A stretch of 64,000 nt of DNA from a virus: the IMG/VR virus record IMGVR_UViG_3300035157_000972. One strand, given 5' to 3'. Positions 47,603 through 56,105 of the stretch are shown piece after piece. The first letter of the stretch is position 1. The number at the start of each line of letters is the position of its first letter. The position numbers and the translations under genes were made by a program. The notes under the pieces were generated by a model. That model was given only the letters and a program-made list of their open reading frames with translations, was not told the DNA's origin and searched no databases.

Positions 47603-48304
47603 ATGTTTTTATTTGATGTTGACGGAACTCTTACACCATCTAGAAAAAAGATAGACAAAGAGTTCTCTAAATTCTTTAGTAATTTTTGTAAAAATAATGA
47701 TGTCTACCTAGTCACAGGCAGTGACAGAGATAAGACTGTTGATCAGATGGGTAAGACATTATATAATAAATGTAAAAGAGTATACAATTGCTCTGGCAAT
47801 AGTGTTTGGGAGAAGACCAAGAACGTTCACACAAGCGAGTGGTCTTGTCCCTTTGTATTATCAACATACTTAGAACTAGAATTGAATGCTAGTAAGTTCC
47901 CATTGAGAACCGGTAAACATATTGAGACAAGACCGGGGTGTATAAATTTTAGTATTGTAGGGAGAAATGCAACCTTTCCGGAGAGAGATCAATATGTTGC
48001 ATGGGATCAGAAGATCGAGGAAAGAGATAACTTAGCACAGAATATCAGAAGATTGTTCCCTGATCTCAGTGTCACAGTTGGTGGTGAGACAGGTCTAGAT
48101 ATTGCACCAAAGGGGCATGACAAGTCTCAGATATTACAAGACTTTGAGACTCATGATACTATAACTTTCTTCGGAGACAAGACCTTCGTAGGGGGAAATG
48201 ATTATAGCATCGCTCATGCTATTATAACTAATGATCGTGGTACAGTTCATCAAGTCAGTGACTACAAGGAAACTTGGAACATTTTGAAGTCACAGTATAC
48301 ATAG
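47603..48304 (+). CDS. HAD-IIB phosphomannomutase-like enzyme
   Basis: FDVDGTLT, VTGSD, NFSIVGR, FFGDKT..GGND. Confidence 0.85.
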   Translation: MFLFDVDGTLTPSRKKIDKEFSKFFSNFCKNNDVYLVTGSDRDKTVDQMGKTLYNKCKRVYNCSGNSVWEKTKNVHTSEWSCPFVLSTYLELELNASKFPLRTGKHIETRPGCINFSIVGRNATFPERDQYVAWDQKIEERDNLAQNIRRLFPDLSVTVGGETGLDIAPKGHDKSQILQDFETHDTITFFGDKTFVGGNDYSIAHAIITNDRGTVHQVSDYKETWNILKSQYT

Positions 48305-48323
48305 TTATAGTGTCATAACTATA

Positions 48324-48482
48324 ATGAAACCAGATGATAAAGAGGGATTGATCCCTAAGATTAAAAACCCGTATAATCTGGGGTCAGATAATGAGTGGTA
48401 TGACTGTGACGGTCTGGACTATGAAATTGATTACTTTGAATTAGTTGACGATGAAAACACAGAGTGCAAAAGCGAAGGGTAG
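48324..48482 (+). CDS. 52-aa acidic hypothetical protein
   Basis: Only ORF filling this gap. Confidence 0.4.
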   Translation: MKPDDKEGLIPKIKNPYNLGSDNEWYDCDGLDYEIDYFELVDDENTECKSEG

Positions 48483-48780
48483 GAGACTACAACAATGGGT
48501 GAGAGATATGCTCATTGAACATAGGAATGTGCACCCTGAAGATATTGAGTCCAGAAGTATGGGTGCAGGTGGGGAAGACCTGATAATGGCACGAGATGCT
48601 AGACAAAAGTTCCCTTTTAGTGTAGAATGTAAGAACCAAGAGAAACTAAATGTTTGGGATGCATATCAGCAAGCAGTTGAAAACTCTGGTGATTATGAAC
48701 CCATTCTTATCATGAAGAAAAATGGAAAGAAACCATTGGTCGTCTTGGACGCGGAAAACTTTATCAGATCCCAACGCTGA
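48451..48780 (+). CDS. Small PD-(D/E)xK nuclease (Holliday-junction resolvase-like)
   Basis: KAKGRRLQ, GEDL, SVECK. Confidence 0.75.
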   Translation: MKTQSAKAKGRRLQQWVRDMLIEHRNVHPEDIESRSMGAGGEDLIMARDARQKFPFSVECKNQEKLNVWDAYQQAVENSGDYEPILIMKKNGKKPLVVLDAENFIRSQR

Positions 48781-48781
48781 T

Positions 48782-48994
48782 ATGAGTGATTGGCGGTACT
48801 CAGATGAGAGAATGAGACTAAGGCAGGAAGTATTTCTTGCTCTTACACCATACTTAGATCAGCACTGTAGACATGTCTATGAGTTCTGTAATCTCTGGGT
48901 TGAACTAGGAAACCCATCCGATAAATCTATAGAGGATGCTTTCCAAGATTATTTACTATCTAATTTAGAAAACTCTTATGCAAAAAGTAATTAA
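48782..48994 (+). CDS. Hypothetical protein
   Basis: DWRYSDERM.LR, YEFC..WV. Confidence 0.65.
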   Translation: MSDWRYSDERMRLRQEVFLALTPYLDQHCRHVYEFCNLWVELGNPSDKSIEDAFQDYLLSNLENSYAKSN

Positions 48995-49211
48995 TGTACT
49001 CGCTGTTACGTCTTTCGTTGTATCTGGTGCCGTTGTTGGTAGTGGTATATACGTATATTTCAACAGAGCGTCCATACTTGATGGAATTAAATCAAAAGTT
49101 ATGGACAGTGTTACGGGAAAACTTCCCGGTGCATTAGGCAGTATCGTTCCTGATATAATGCCTGATGCCACAGGACCAGTTTTACCTACCCCTCCATCTG
49201 CTCCTTTCTAA
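48978..49211 (+). CDS. Single-TM hypothetical protein with Pro-rich tail
   Basis: MQKVINVLAV.. hydrophobic N-terminus. Confidence 0.7.
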   Translation: MQKVINVLAVTSFVVSGAVVGSGIYVYFNRASILDGIKSKVMDSVTGKLPGALGSIVPDIMPDATGPVLPTPPSAPF

Positions 49212-49243
49212 TATACTATATACTAAATAGATTACTATTTGGT

Positions 49244-49660
49244 ATGGAAAAGAAAGAAGTAAAACAAGATGAAACCAAGAAAAAAGGTTTCCTCGGAAAG
49301 ATAAAAGAAGGTGCTGAAGATCACGAGGATCAACTCGCGATACTCAGCACTTTTGTTCGTCTTGGTATTTTGGTTTGGTCCGGAGCGATCTTAACTTTAG
49401 CGTACGTTAAATTGCCACCATCGTTGAATATACCAGAACAGAAACTCGATCCAACCTTCATAGCTTCGGTCTTTACTGGCGTCCTAGCAACATTCGGGGC
49501 ACAGGTTGGGAGTAAAAAGAATGGTGCAAATAGCGGTGCGGGTGCTAACATAAGTAAGAAAGATATGGAATATCTTATCGAAAAAGCATCACAGACTGCT
49601 CCTGCACAAGTGGTTCGTATCGAACAAGGACCAGTCAAGATTGTCCCTGATAACAAGTAA
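49244..49660 (+). CDS. Two-TM membrane protein
   Basis: VRLGILVWSGAILTL, DPTFIASVFTGVLATFG; late promoter at 49222. Confidence 0.75.
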   Translation: MEKKEVKQDETKKKGFLGKIKEGAEDHEDQLAILSTFVRLGILVWSGAILTLAYVKLPPSLNIPEQKLDPTFIASVFTGVLATFGAQVGSKKNGANSGAGANISKKDMEYLIEKASQTAPAQVVRIEQGPVKIVPDNK

Positions 49661-49662
49661 TT

Positions 49663-50205
49663 ATGAAAGGTAAAATTTTTGCAGGTGCACTCGGAGGAGT
49701 GGTGGGTTTGGCACACATAGGATTCATGGCATCATATCTTAGTAAAGATAAGTTGCCATCATTTGATTTACCTGTTGGTCCATATACATCGTATGTCATA
49801 GAAGCAGATAAAGAAAAGTATAAGATTAGTTACAAAGCAGATGATCCTTCTAAGTTTTATATTACCACTGACATCAAGAAGAAGTCAGGTTTCTTAGGAT
49901 TGGGTAATGATAAGACACAAATTGTGGAAGAGGTTACATCTAGTAGTATTGATAAAGGTTTACGAATGAGTGTAGGGGAAGGAGCAAGTCAATTATCTGC
50001 CGAGGAGATAGCATGTATCAAGGCAGAGGGTAGTGGTGAGAACACAGGTAGACTTGTGGGATCAAGTGTAGGTGCATCAGTAGCACCAACTGTATCTCAG
50101 ATTCCAATCATAGGTTGGGTTGCAGCAGGATGGGTCACTATGTTTGGTGGCAACAAAGGTGCTGAAGTAGGTGGCACAATGTCTAAGTCAATGAACGGGT
50201 GTTGA
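49663..50205 (+). CDS. Membrane protein with C-terminal glycine zipper
   Basis: N-terminal TM; G..VG.SVGA..IPIIGWVAAG. Confidence 0.72.
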   Translation: MKGKIFAGALGGVVGLAHIGFMASYLSKDKLPSFDLPVGPYTSYVIEADKEKYKISYKADDPSKFYITTDIKKKSGFLGLGNDKTQIVEEVTSSSIDKGLRMSVGEGASQLSAEEIACIKAEGSGENTGRLVGSSVGASVAPTVSQIPIIGWVAAGWVTMFGGNKGAEVGGTMSKSMNGC

Positions 50206-50273
50206 GTCCATAACATTCTGGTTTTACAACGATATCGGATTATAATATAGTTTGTAGTACATAATACTCACAA

Positions 50274-50438
50274 ATGCATCACTATTCTGTGGAATACCAT
50301 GACTCTGGTAATGCCCACTTAGAGATAGGAACTTATGCAAACGATGCTTTTGAAGCAGCATCAATAGCAAGGGAGGATGTACCCTTTCTTAGAGAGCATC
50401 CTAACCATGTAGATAAAATTATTATTATGAAACAGTAA
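50274..50438 (+). CDS. 54-aa hypothetical protein
   Basis: MHHYSVEYHD..YA.DAFEA..EDVPFL.EHP; TAATG overlap with the next gene. Confidence 0.6.
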   Translation: MHHYSVEYHDSGNAHLEIGTYANDAFEAASIAREDVPFLREHPNHVDKIIIMKQ

Positions 50439-50734
50439 TGCCAGTATACCAAGATTACGAAGTTCGTATCAACTTGAACGAACTCATTGAGAAGAGGATA
50501 CCTTGTTGTGATCTTCTTCATCCAGACCACTGTCTCACAGAGAAGCAAGTGGCAGAGATAGCACATGACATACGAATGGATCTGAACCTCCATGATATAT
50601 TCAGACAGGTGGATCAGCACATCATGAGATATGTAAATGCAGCAGGCATTGATAATAAAGATCACTGGGTAGAACCACATCTACCCGACTTAGACAGAGG
50701 TCTTTCCGAAGAGGAAGGCATATCATTTGAATAA
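50438..50734 (+). CDS. Hypothetical protein
   Basis: Coupled to petF; [13 protein letters not shown]. Confidence 0.7.
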   Translation: MPVYQDYEVRINLNELIEKRIPCCDLLHPDHCLTEKQVAEIAHDIRMDLNLHDIFRQVDQHIMRYVNAAGIDNKDHWVEPHLPDLDRGLSEEEGISFE

Positions 50735-51024
50735 TGGCAACAATTACACTCAATTCACCAGAAGGTACAACAGAAACATTTGAATGCAGCGAAGATTCTT
50801 ACATCTTAGATGCACTCGAAGAAGCAGGTATTGATCACCCTTCATCTTGTAGAGCAGGTGCATGTTCATCATGTGCTATGAAGATAGTAGAGGGGACAGT
50901 CAATCAAGAAGAACAGTCATTTTTAGATGACGAACAAATGGATGATGGTTTCGTTCTCACATGTGTAGCATTACCAACATCTGATGTAACATTACTAACG
51001 GAGCAGGAAGAGAATTTAGTATAA
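50734..51024 (+). CDS. petF: Plant-type [2Fe-2S] ferredoxin
   Basis: [10 protein letters not shown]...LTC. Confidence 0.97.
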   Translation: MATITLNSPEGTTETFECSEDSYILDALEEAGIDHPSSCRAGACSSCAMKIVEGTVNQEEQSFLDDEQMDDGFVLTCVALPTSDVTLLTEQEENLV

Positions 51025-51041
51025 TAAGTATAAATACTTAT

Positions 51042-51554
51042 ATGAAACAATTCAATACTTTCGTCCTTGATACAACGATTAGTATCTTGGACTACCTATA
51101 CAAAGGTAGAGACTATCAAAGATTTTGGGTGCTTGAGGTGATTGCTCGTGCACCCTATTTTTCTTTTATATCGGTGTTACATCTCCGCGAGTCACTTGGA
51201 TTACGGGATAAGGAACATATATATTTGATGAAGGAACATTTCTATCAGGCACTCAATGAAACAGAACATTTGGAAGAGATGGAAACTCGTGGAGGCAATG
51301 AGTTTTGGATCGACAGATTCTTCGCTAAACACTTGGTTCTTCTTTATTATTGGATTATGGTTGCTTACTACCTCATTGATCCAATAGATGCTTACGATAT
51401 CAATATGAAGATCGAGAAGCATGCTTACGAAACATATACTAAATACCTTGCATACCATCCTGATGATAAAAGAATCGCCGAGATTGCACAGGATGAATTA
51501 GATCATGCTAAAGAATTGCAAGAGGCGATGACCCTTATCAATGGAAGTACCTGA
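51042..51554 (+). CDS. ptox: Plastoquinol terminal oxidase
   Basis: RFWVLEVIARAPYF, NETEH, EKHAYETY, DELDH di-iron motifs; TATAAATA at 51029. Confidence 0.95.
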   Translation: MKQFNTFVLDTTISILDYLYKGRDYQRFWVLEVIARAPYFSFISVLHLRESLGLRDKEHIYLMKEHFYQALNETEHLEEMETRGGNEFWIDRFFAKHLVLLYYWIMVAYYLIDPIDAYDINMKIEKHAYETYTKYLAYHPDDKRIAEIAQDELDHAKELQEAMTLINGST

Positions 51555-52212
51555 GATTGAAGTACGAGGAATAGAGATACCATATGTGCCACACACATGG
51601 GTCAACTCTCCTTATGTGTCAATCCCAAGAGTACCATCAATAACTGAGACAATATACATTGGTGTGCCCATCATCAACATACCGGGGTGTGTAGAGGCAC
51701 ATAAAGACGGTAAAAAGAATAGGGTTCTAAAGGATGATGACCCCAAAGGAACACAGGTTTTCTGTGATGCTGACACTCCATCATTCAATCCTATTGAATA
51801 TACACCAGAGGATCTAATAATAGTAAAGGAGGCACCACCTCCACCTGTAGCAAACACGGAGCAACCAGACCTTGAAACTCCTCCATTACCTGAGATACCA
51901 ACGACAACTGAAACTACAGAGACTACCACAGTCGAAGAGCAACCTCCATCTTGGGTTGAAACATATCTACCTTCTACCGCCGAGGTAAGTACAACTGCAT
52001 CAATAGCAGTCATAGCAACAACCACTGCTGCAGCAACACCTTTATTATTAAGAGTTGTTAAACCTGCAGTCAAAGCATTAATAAAAAAAATTCAGAAGGC
52101 ACTTGGTAAAGAACCTCCTAAACTATCGATGTCAGAAATACAAACTAATAATTACAGAGAAAAGAAAGGTCTTACTCCTTTGAAGCGTCCGAAGAAGAAG
52201 AAGTCCCAATAG
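51541..52212 (+). CDS. Pro/Thr-rich membrane-anchored hypothetical protein
   Basis: PGCVEAH..CD, Pro/Thr linker, TM, basic tail. Confidence 0.75.
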   Translation: MEVPEIEVRGIEIPYVPHTWVNSPYVSIPRVPSITETIYIGVPIINIPGCVEAHKDGKKNRVLKDDDPKGTQVFCDADTPSFNPIEYTPEDLIIVKEAPPPPVANTEQPDLETPPLPEIPTTTETTETTTVEEQPPSWVETYLPSTAEVSTTASIAVIATTTAAATPLLLRVVKPAVKALIKKIQKALGKEPPKLSMSEIQTNNYREKKGLTPLKRPKKKKSQ

Positions 52213-52903
52213 AAAATTCACCTAGATCATCTGCAGTACCTGTCGCCGTCGTTTGCGGTATGGAATGTGTATGGTCTTTTATAGTATTCACACCATTTAC
52301 TACTACATCAGCACATATACTAGCATAAGGTGAATTAGGATGGAATGTTATACCAGCACTCATCAATTCTCCACAGTTCTTGAGTCTAGCAAGTTCAAAG
52401 TCTAATCTCTTATTAGCAATCAATTGACCTTGCATATCATTCTGTAGTTGTGCTGCTTCCATACATTTTCTCTGTGCATCTTTGTTCAATGAGAAACTCA
52501 TGGTTGCAGAGAATCCAAGGTTTATATTTTGATTTGATTTCTGTCCAGTTCTTGTTGGTTTATAGAATAAAATTTGACCGGGATGATCGGGTACACCATC
52601 ATCATTGGCATCTAGATTGTTGTACACAGGATCCATCCAATAATCCTCATATGGATCCATCCATGATCCCGTCCTAGTGACGTATGGTGTAATGTTCATG
52701 GTAGGAACTTGACAAGAAATACCATTACCATAGGTGTTAGTCATATAAGGACCTTGTAAAACCTGTATTGCCTGATTGGTCACCGACCCACTGGAGTTGG
52801 CGACTGGGTTTGCAGTGGCAGAAACCCCTCCTATATCAGATGCATAGGATGGGGTTACAGTATAAGGTATTGTTATAGCACTAAGTGTTGCTAGTCTAAT
52901 TAT
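52172..52903 (-). CDS. Exported hypothetical protein (start uncertain, probably ATA at 52903)
   Basis: Signal-peptide-like segment ending SYA, then GGVSATANPVANSSGSVTNQAIQ; Cys pairs. Confidence 0.7.
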   Translation of the reverse strand: MIRLATLSAITIPYTVTPSYASDIGGVSATANPVANSSGSVTNQAIQVLQGPYMTNTYGNGISCQVPTMNITPYVTRTGSWMDPYEDYWMDPVYNNLDANDDGVPDHPGQILFYKPTRTGQKSNQNINLGFSATMSFSLNKDAQRKCMEAAQLQNDMQGQLIANKRLDFELARLKNCGELMSAGITFHPNSPYASICADVVVNGVNTIKDHTHSIPQTTATGTADDLGEFSIGTSSSSDASKE

Positions 52904-53343
52904 TGACTGAATATACTTGTTGTATCGGTTACGCTTTGGATTGTGGTGGTTCTTTGTATTACAGTATGAGTCGATAGACCGGGGGCTTTGTATGTCTCTG
53001 TGAATTGAAATGCTGCTCCCGGAGTTGTTAGTGTCCAATTGGGTTTTTGTGAAGTGTTCAAGTTTGTCCATGTCGAAGTCACACCATTGTTTGTTACTTG
53101 TTCTGTTCCGGTATCCGGTGTTATACCAGTACCATCGTGCTGTACGTTAACACCCGATACCGAGTATTGGTACCCAGTGTTATAATCCATAGAATTAATG
53201 GTCTCAGACACGGTAGAAGTGGTCTCCGTGTGTGAGGTCATCGATCCCTGAGTGAAATTAGGTACTACAGGGACTGCATTTATGGCAGTCGGTGCAGTCG
53301 CAAGGGCAATTGCACCCACAACTATCGCACGAAGAAGTTTCAT
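52900..53343 (-). CDS. Exported Thr-rich hypothetical protein
   Basis: Signal peptide, VPVVPNFTQGSMTS, PGAAFQFTETY. Confidence 0.8.
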   Translation of the reverse strand: MKLLRAIVVGAIALATAPTAINAVPVVPNFTQGSMTSHTETTSTVSETINSMDYNTGYQYSVSGVNVQHDGTGITPDTGTEQVTNNGVTSTWTNLNTSQKPNWTLTTPGAAFQFTETYKAPGLSTHTVIQRTTTIQSVTDTTSIFSQ

Positions 53344-53359
53344 ATGTTAACATAACTCC

Positions 53360-53857
53360 TTAGTCGATAGTTAATTCTGTTACGAACTGTCCTACGGTTG
53401 TAGTACCACTTCCACCACCAACTGCTGTTACAGCATGTGCTGAAGTTACAGTACCAGTACCAGTACCAGTACCTACTGCTGTTGATGTTTGGTTTGAGTA
53501 TGCACTTACTGCACCTAAACTTGGTGCTGTAGTCACAATAGCATCACCTTCAATGAATGATTGAGAGAAACTATATGCACCGCCTGCACTTGTCTGGGTC
53601 GCTGTAGAAATTGATCCTTGTCCAACTCCGTCAGTCAATGTGCCTAGTCCACCAACGTTACCGTCAGCAGATCCACCGCCACCTACGTCCATGGTCACAC
53701 CTGATCCAGAAACACTGTATGTCGATCCGATTCTTGAAACCTGTGTTGCTGCAGCGTTAGTGGTTAACTGAACACTAGACTGCATTTTATGTGTAATATC
53801 TGCAAATACAGGAGAACCAAATCCTGCCAATAATATAAGTGGTAAATACTTCTTCAT
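53360..53857 (-). CDS. Exported Ser/Thr/Gly-rich hypothetical protein
   Basis: Signal peptide ending VFA-DITH; late promoter TCTAAATA at 53890-53883. Confidence 0.8.
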   Translation of the reverse strand: MKKYLPLILLAGFGSPVFADITHKMQSSVQLTTNAAATQVSRIGSTYSVSGSGVTMDVGGGGSADGNVGGLGTLTDGVGQGSISTATQTSAGGAYSFSQSFIEGDAIVTTAPSLGAVSAYSNQTSTAVGTGTGTGTVTSAHAVTAVGGGSGTTTVGQFVTELTID

Positions 53858-53893
53858 GAAATTACCGATTATTTGCTAGCTCTATTTAGACAT

Positions 53894-53917
53894 AAAAAAA
53901 CCCCACTTGCGTGGGGT
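53894..53917 (-). terminator. Intrinsic terminator, minus strand
   Basis: CCCCAC-GCAA-GTGGGG plus T7. Confidence 0.9.
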
Positions 53918-53942
53918 AAGTACAGATGTACTGTTGTATTAA

Positions 53943-54230
53943 CTAACCTTTGTTAGCAACTAGATGTTTTCTATAATCTTCCTTTATAGTGTCAGTCCAA
54001 ACTGCATTGCATACACCTTGAATCTCTGTTGAGTATCCAGATATATCTCTATCCACTAAAGTATCATTGCCGTCAGTGGACAATGAACCGGGACTTAGTT
54101 CAGTGTGCTTATATCTGATCGCTTGATCTACTCCATCTTCTTGGAATAGAACTGCTGTTCTCAATTTTACAATATTATATCTTGTTGAGATCACAATCTT
54201 ATCGACTGCTTCTGCTTTTGTTAGTGCCAT
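53943..54230 (-). CDS. Small late protein of the tail-fibre-associated type
   Basis: MALT..DKI, DISG...IQGVCNAVWT; own RBS GGAG, late promoter and terminator. Confidence 0.7.
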   Translation of the reverse strand: MALTKAEAVDKIVISTRYNIVKLRTAVLFQEDGVDQAIRYKHTELSPGSLSTDGNDTLVDRDISGYSTEIQGVCNAVWTDTIKEDYRKHLVANKG

Positions 54231-54260
54231 TAGGGTAATTCTCCGAATTAGACATGTTTA

Positions 54261-54289
54261 TTGACAAGTATATTTATATGGGATATACT
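54261..54289. promoter_or_regulatory. Divergent nested promoters
   Basis: Plus: TTGACA-17-TATACT; minus: TATAAATA at 54278-54271 inside the spacer. Confidence 0.75.
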
Positions 54290-54310
54290 ATATGTAGTTT
54301 ATATGGTACT

Positions 54311-54523
54311 ATGGTTCACCTACGAGACAGTCTCGTCAACTCACTCATCAAGCATGCAGAAGGACAGATAGCAAAGCACAAAGCAAATGTAGAAATTTAT
54401 TTCACATATCCGACAGGCATTGGAGAACATCCTGATGTTATGGGTGCTATTGAAACAGAGTTGAACGAAATTTCTAGATATCATGAGCAAATTCAAGTTC
54501 TCAAGGAGTATTTTGAAGCATGA
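54311..54523 (+). CDS. Conserved hypothetical protein
   Basis: KHKANVE.Y...P.GIGEHPD. Confidence 0.75.
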   Translation: MVHLRDSLVNSLIKHAEGQIAKHKANVEIYFTYPTGIGEHPDVMGAIETELNEISRYHEQIQVLKEYFEA

Positions 54524-55194
54524 AGATCTTTTTAGACACTGCTGACACTAAAATTATTAAGGAGCATTATGGAACTGGTCTTATTGACGGTGTTACTACA
54601 AACCCTACTCTTATTCGTAAGAGTGGAAGAGACCCCGAAGAAGTTTATCAAGAACTAGCAGACTATGGTGTCCGTGACATCAGTATGGAAGTTGTTGGTG
54701 ATGAAGAGACAATGACATCTGAAGGCAGGAGATTGCACAGTAAGTATGCATTCCAAAGTAAAAAACTTAGCATCAATCCTGTCACTATCAAAGTGCCCTT
54801 ATCACCAGAAGGTCTAAGGTCATGTAGATCTCTTGCTCTTGATGGAATCAAAGTAAATGTTACTCTTGTTTTCTCAGCAGCACAAGCAGTTCTAGCATCA
54901 AAGGCAGGAGCAACTTATGTTTCTCCATTTGTAGGGAGACTGGATGATCAATCAGTCAATGGTATTGGTTTGATAAATCAGATAGCAAGTATATTTCGTA
55001 TGCATGGATCTCAAACACAGGTTCTTTCTGCATCAATACGAAGTGTGCAGCATGTGACAGACTCTTTTCTAAACGGAGCAAACATATGCACAATGCCACC
55101 TAGTGTTTTTGAGAAAATGTATAACCATATACTCACTGATAAAGGTCTTGAACTATTTGATCAAGATTGGAAAGCAACAAGGGAAAGGATGTGA
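54520..55194 (+). CDS. talC: Transaldolase (TalC/FSA family)
   Basis: MKIFLDTAD, GVTTNPTL, YVSPFVGRLDD, ASIR. Confidence 0.97.
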   Translation: MKIFLDTADTKIIKEHYGTGLIDGVTTNPTLIRKSGRDPEEVYQELADYGVRDISMEVVGDEETMTSEGRRLHSKYAFQSKKLSINPVTIKVPLSPEGLRSCRSLALDGIKVNVTLVFSAAQAVLASKAGATYVSPFVGRLDDQSVNGIGLINQIASIFRMHGSQTQVLSASIRSVQHVTDSFLNGANICTMPPSVFEKMYNHILTDKGLELFDQDWKATRERM

Positions 55195-55682
55195 AAATTG
55201 TAGAGAATGCATTACCAGATGATCTAGTAAAACTCTGCAATGAAGATATTGATATAAAATTAGAAAAGAAAGTTTGGGTAGGAAATATAGCGTGGCAAGA
55301 TTGTCTATATGATGGTATTTTAGGTTCTTGCCTCAATGCTGACCTTGATCCAAAATGTAGTTTGAATGTTAGAAATACATTGAGAGTTTTTTTCCCTCAA
55401 TGTAAAAAGATAAGATGGTCTTATCATTACTGGACAAGACTATCCGGCATCAATTGGCATGGTGATGAATCATATGTTTTTGGTGCCACATTATATCTCA
55501 ACGATTGGAAAAAGGAATGGGGTGGTTTATTTTTATGGGAGGATGATGGACTTCATTGCTTGTGTCCAAAGAAAGGTATGCTTGTAATCAACACAAAAAA
55601 ACAACCACATTGTGTCACACCCGTATCAAACAGTGCTCCCTATGCTAGAAGATCAATTCAAATATTTGGTGAACCTGATTGA
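55191..55682 (+). CDS. Prolyl-hydroxylase-like 2OG-Fe(II) oxygenase
   Basis: WHGD, YLN..W..EWGG, HCVTPV, R.SIQIF. Confidence 0.85.
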   Translation: MKIVENALPDDLVKLCNEDIDIKLEKKVWVGNIAWQDCLYDGILGSCLNADLDPKCSLNVRNTLRVFFPQCKKIRWSYHYWTRLSGINWHGDESYVFGATLYLNDWKKEWGGLFLWEDDGLHCLCPKKGMLVINTKKQPHCVTPVSNSAPYARRSIQIFGEPD

Positions 55683-55707
55683 CAAACCATGATACATAGT
55701 TTACACT
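55679..55707 (+). promoter_or_regulatory. Sigma70 promoter of the sugar cluster
   Basis: TTGACA-17-TACACT. Confidence 0.7.
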
Positions 55708-55715
55708 GAATTATT

Positions 55716-56105
55716 ATGACTAATTTTGTAAGAAGAGAACGTCCTTGGGGGTGGTATGAAACCATTGTCGAGGACAACAACTATAAAGTGAAGAGACTTT
55801 ACATAGCACCTGATCAGAGACTGTCACTTCAGTATCATAATCTGAGGACAGAGGACTGGGTGATTGTAGAGGGTAGTGGTATCATAACTCAGAATAGAAT
55901 GGAGACTGAATGTAAGGTGGGTGACACTTTTCATATTGGCACAGAGATGAAACACCGAGCAAAGGGTGGTGAGAAAGGATTATTGATTATCGAAACACAG
56001 ATTGGTATATGTAAAGAGAATGATATTATAAGACTTGAAGATGACTATGGTCGTATCAAAAAAGAAACTACATACATGTGCATGAACGAATACGGGACTG
56101 AATAA
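55716..56105 (+). CDS. Cupin, type II mannose-6-phosphate isomerase domain
   Basis: RPWG, LSLQYH..R.E.W, E.DIIRLEDDYGR. Confidence 0.88.
   Translation: MTNFVRRERPWGWYETIVEDNNYKVKRLYIAPDQRLSLQYHNLRTEDWVIVEGSGIITQNRMETECKVGDTFHIGTEMKHRAKGGEKGLLIIETQIGICKENDIIRLEDDYGRIKKETTYMCMNEYGTE

Noticed and set aside
53449-53472. (CAGTAC)4 tandem repeat
   Set aside because: In-frame Gly-Thr coding repeat; no sign of an array function
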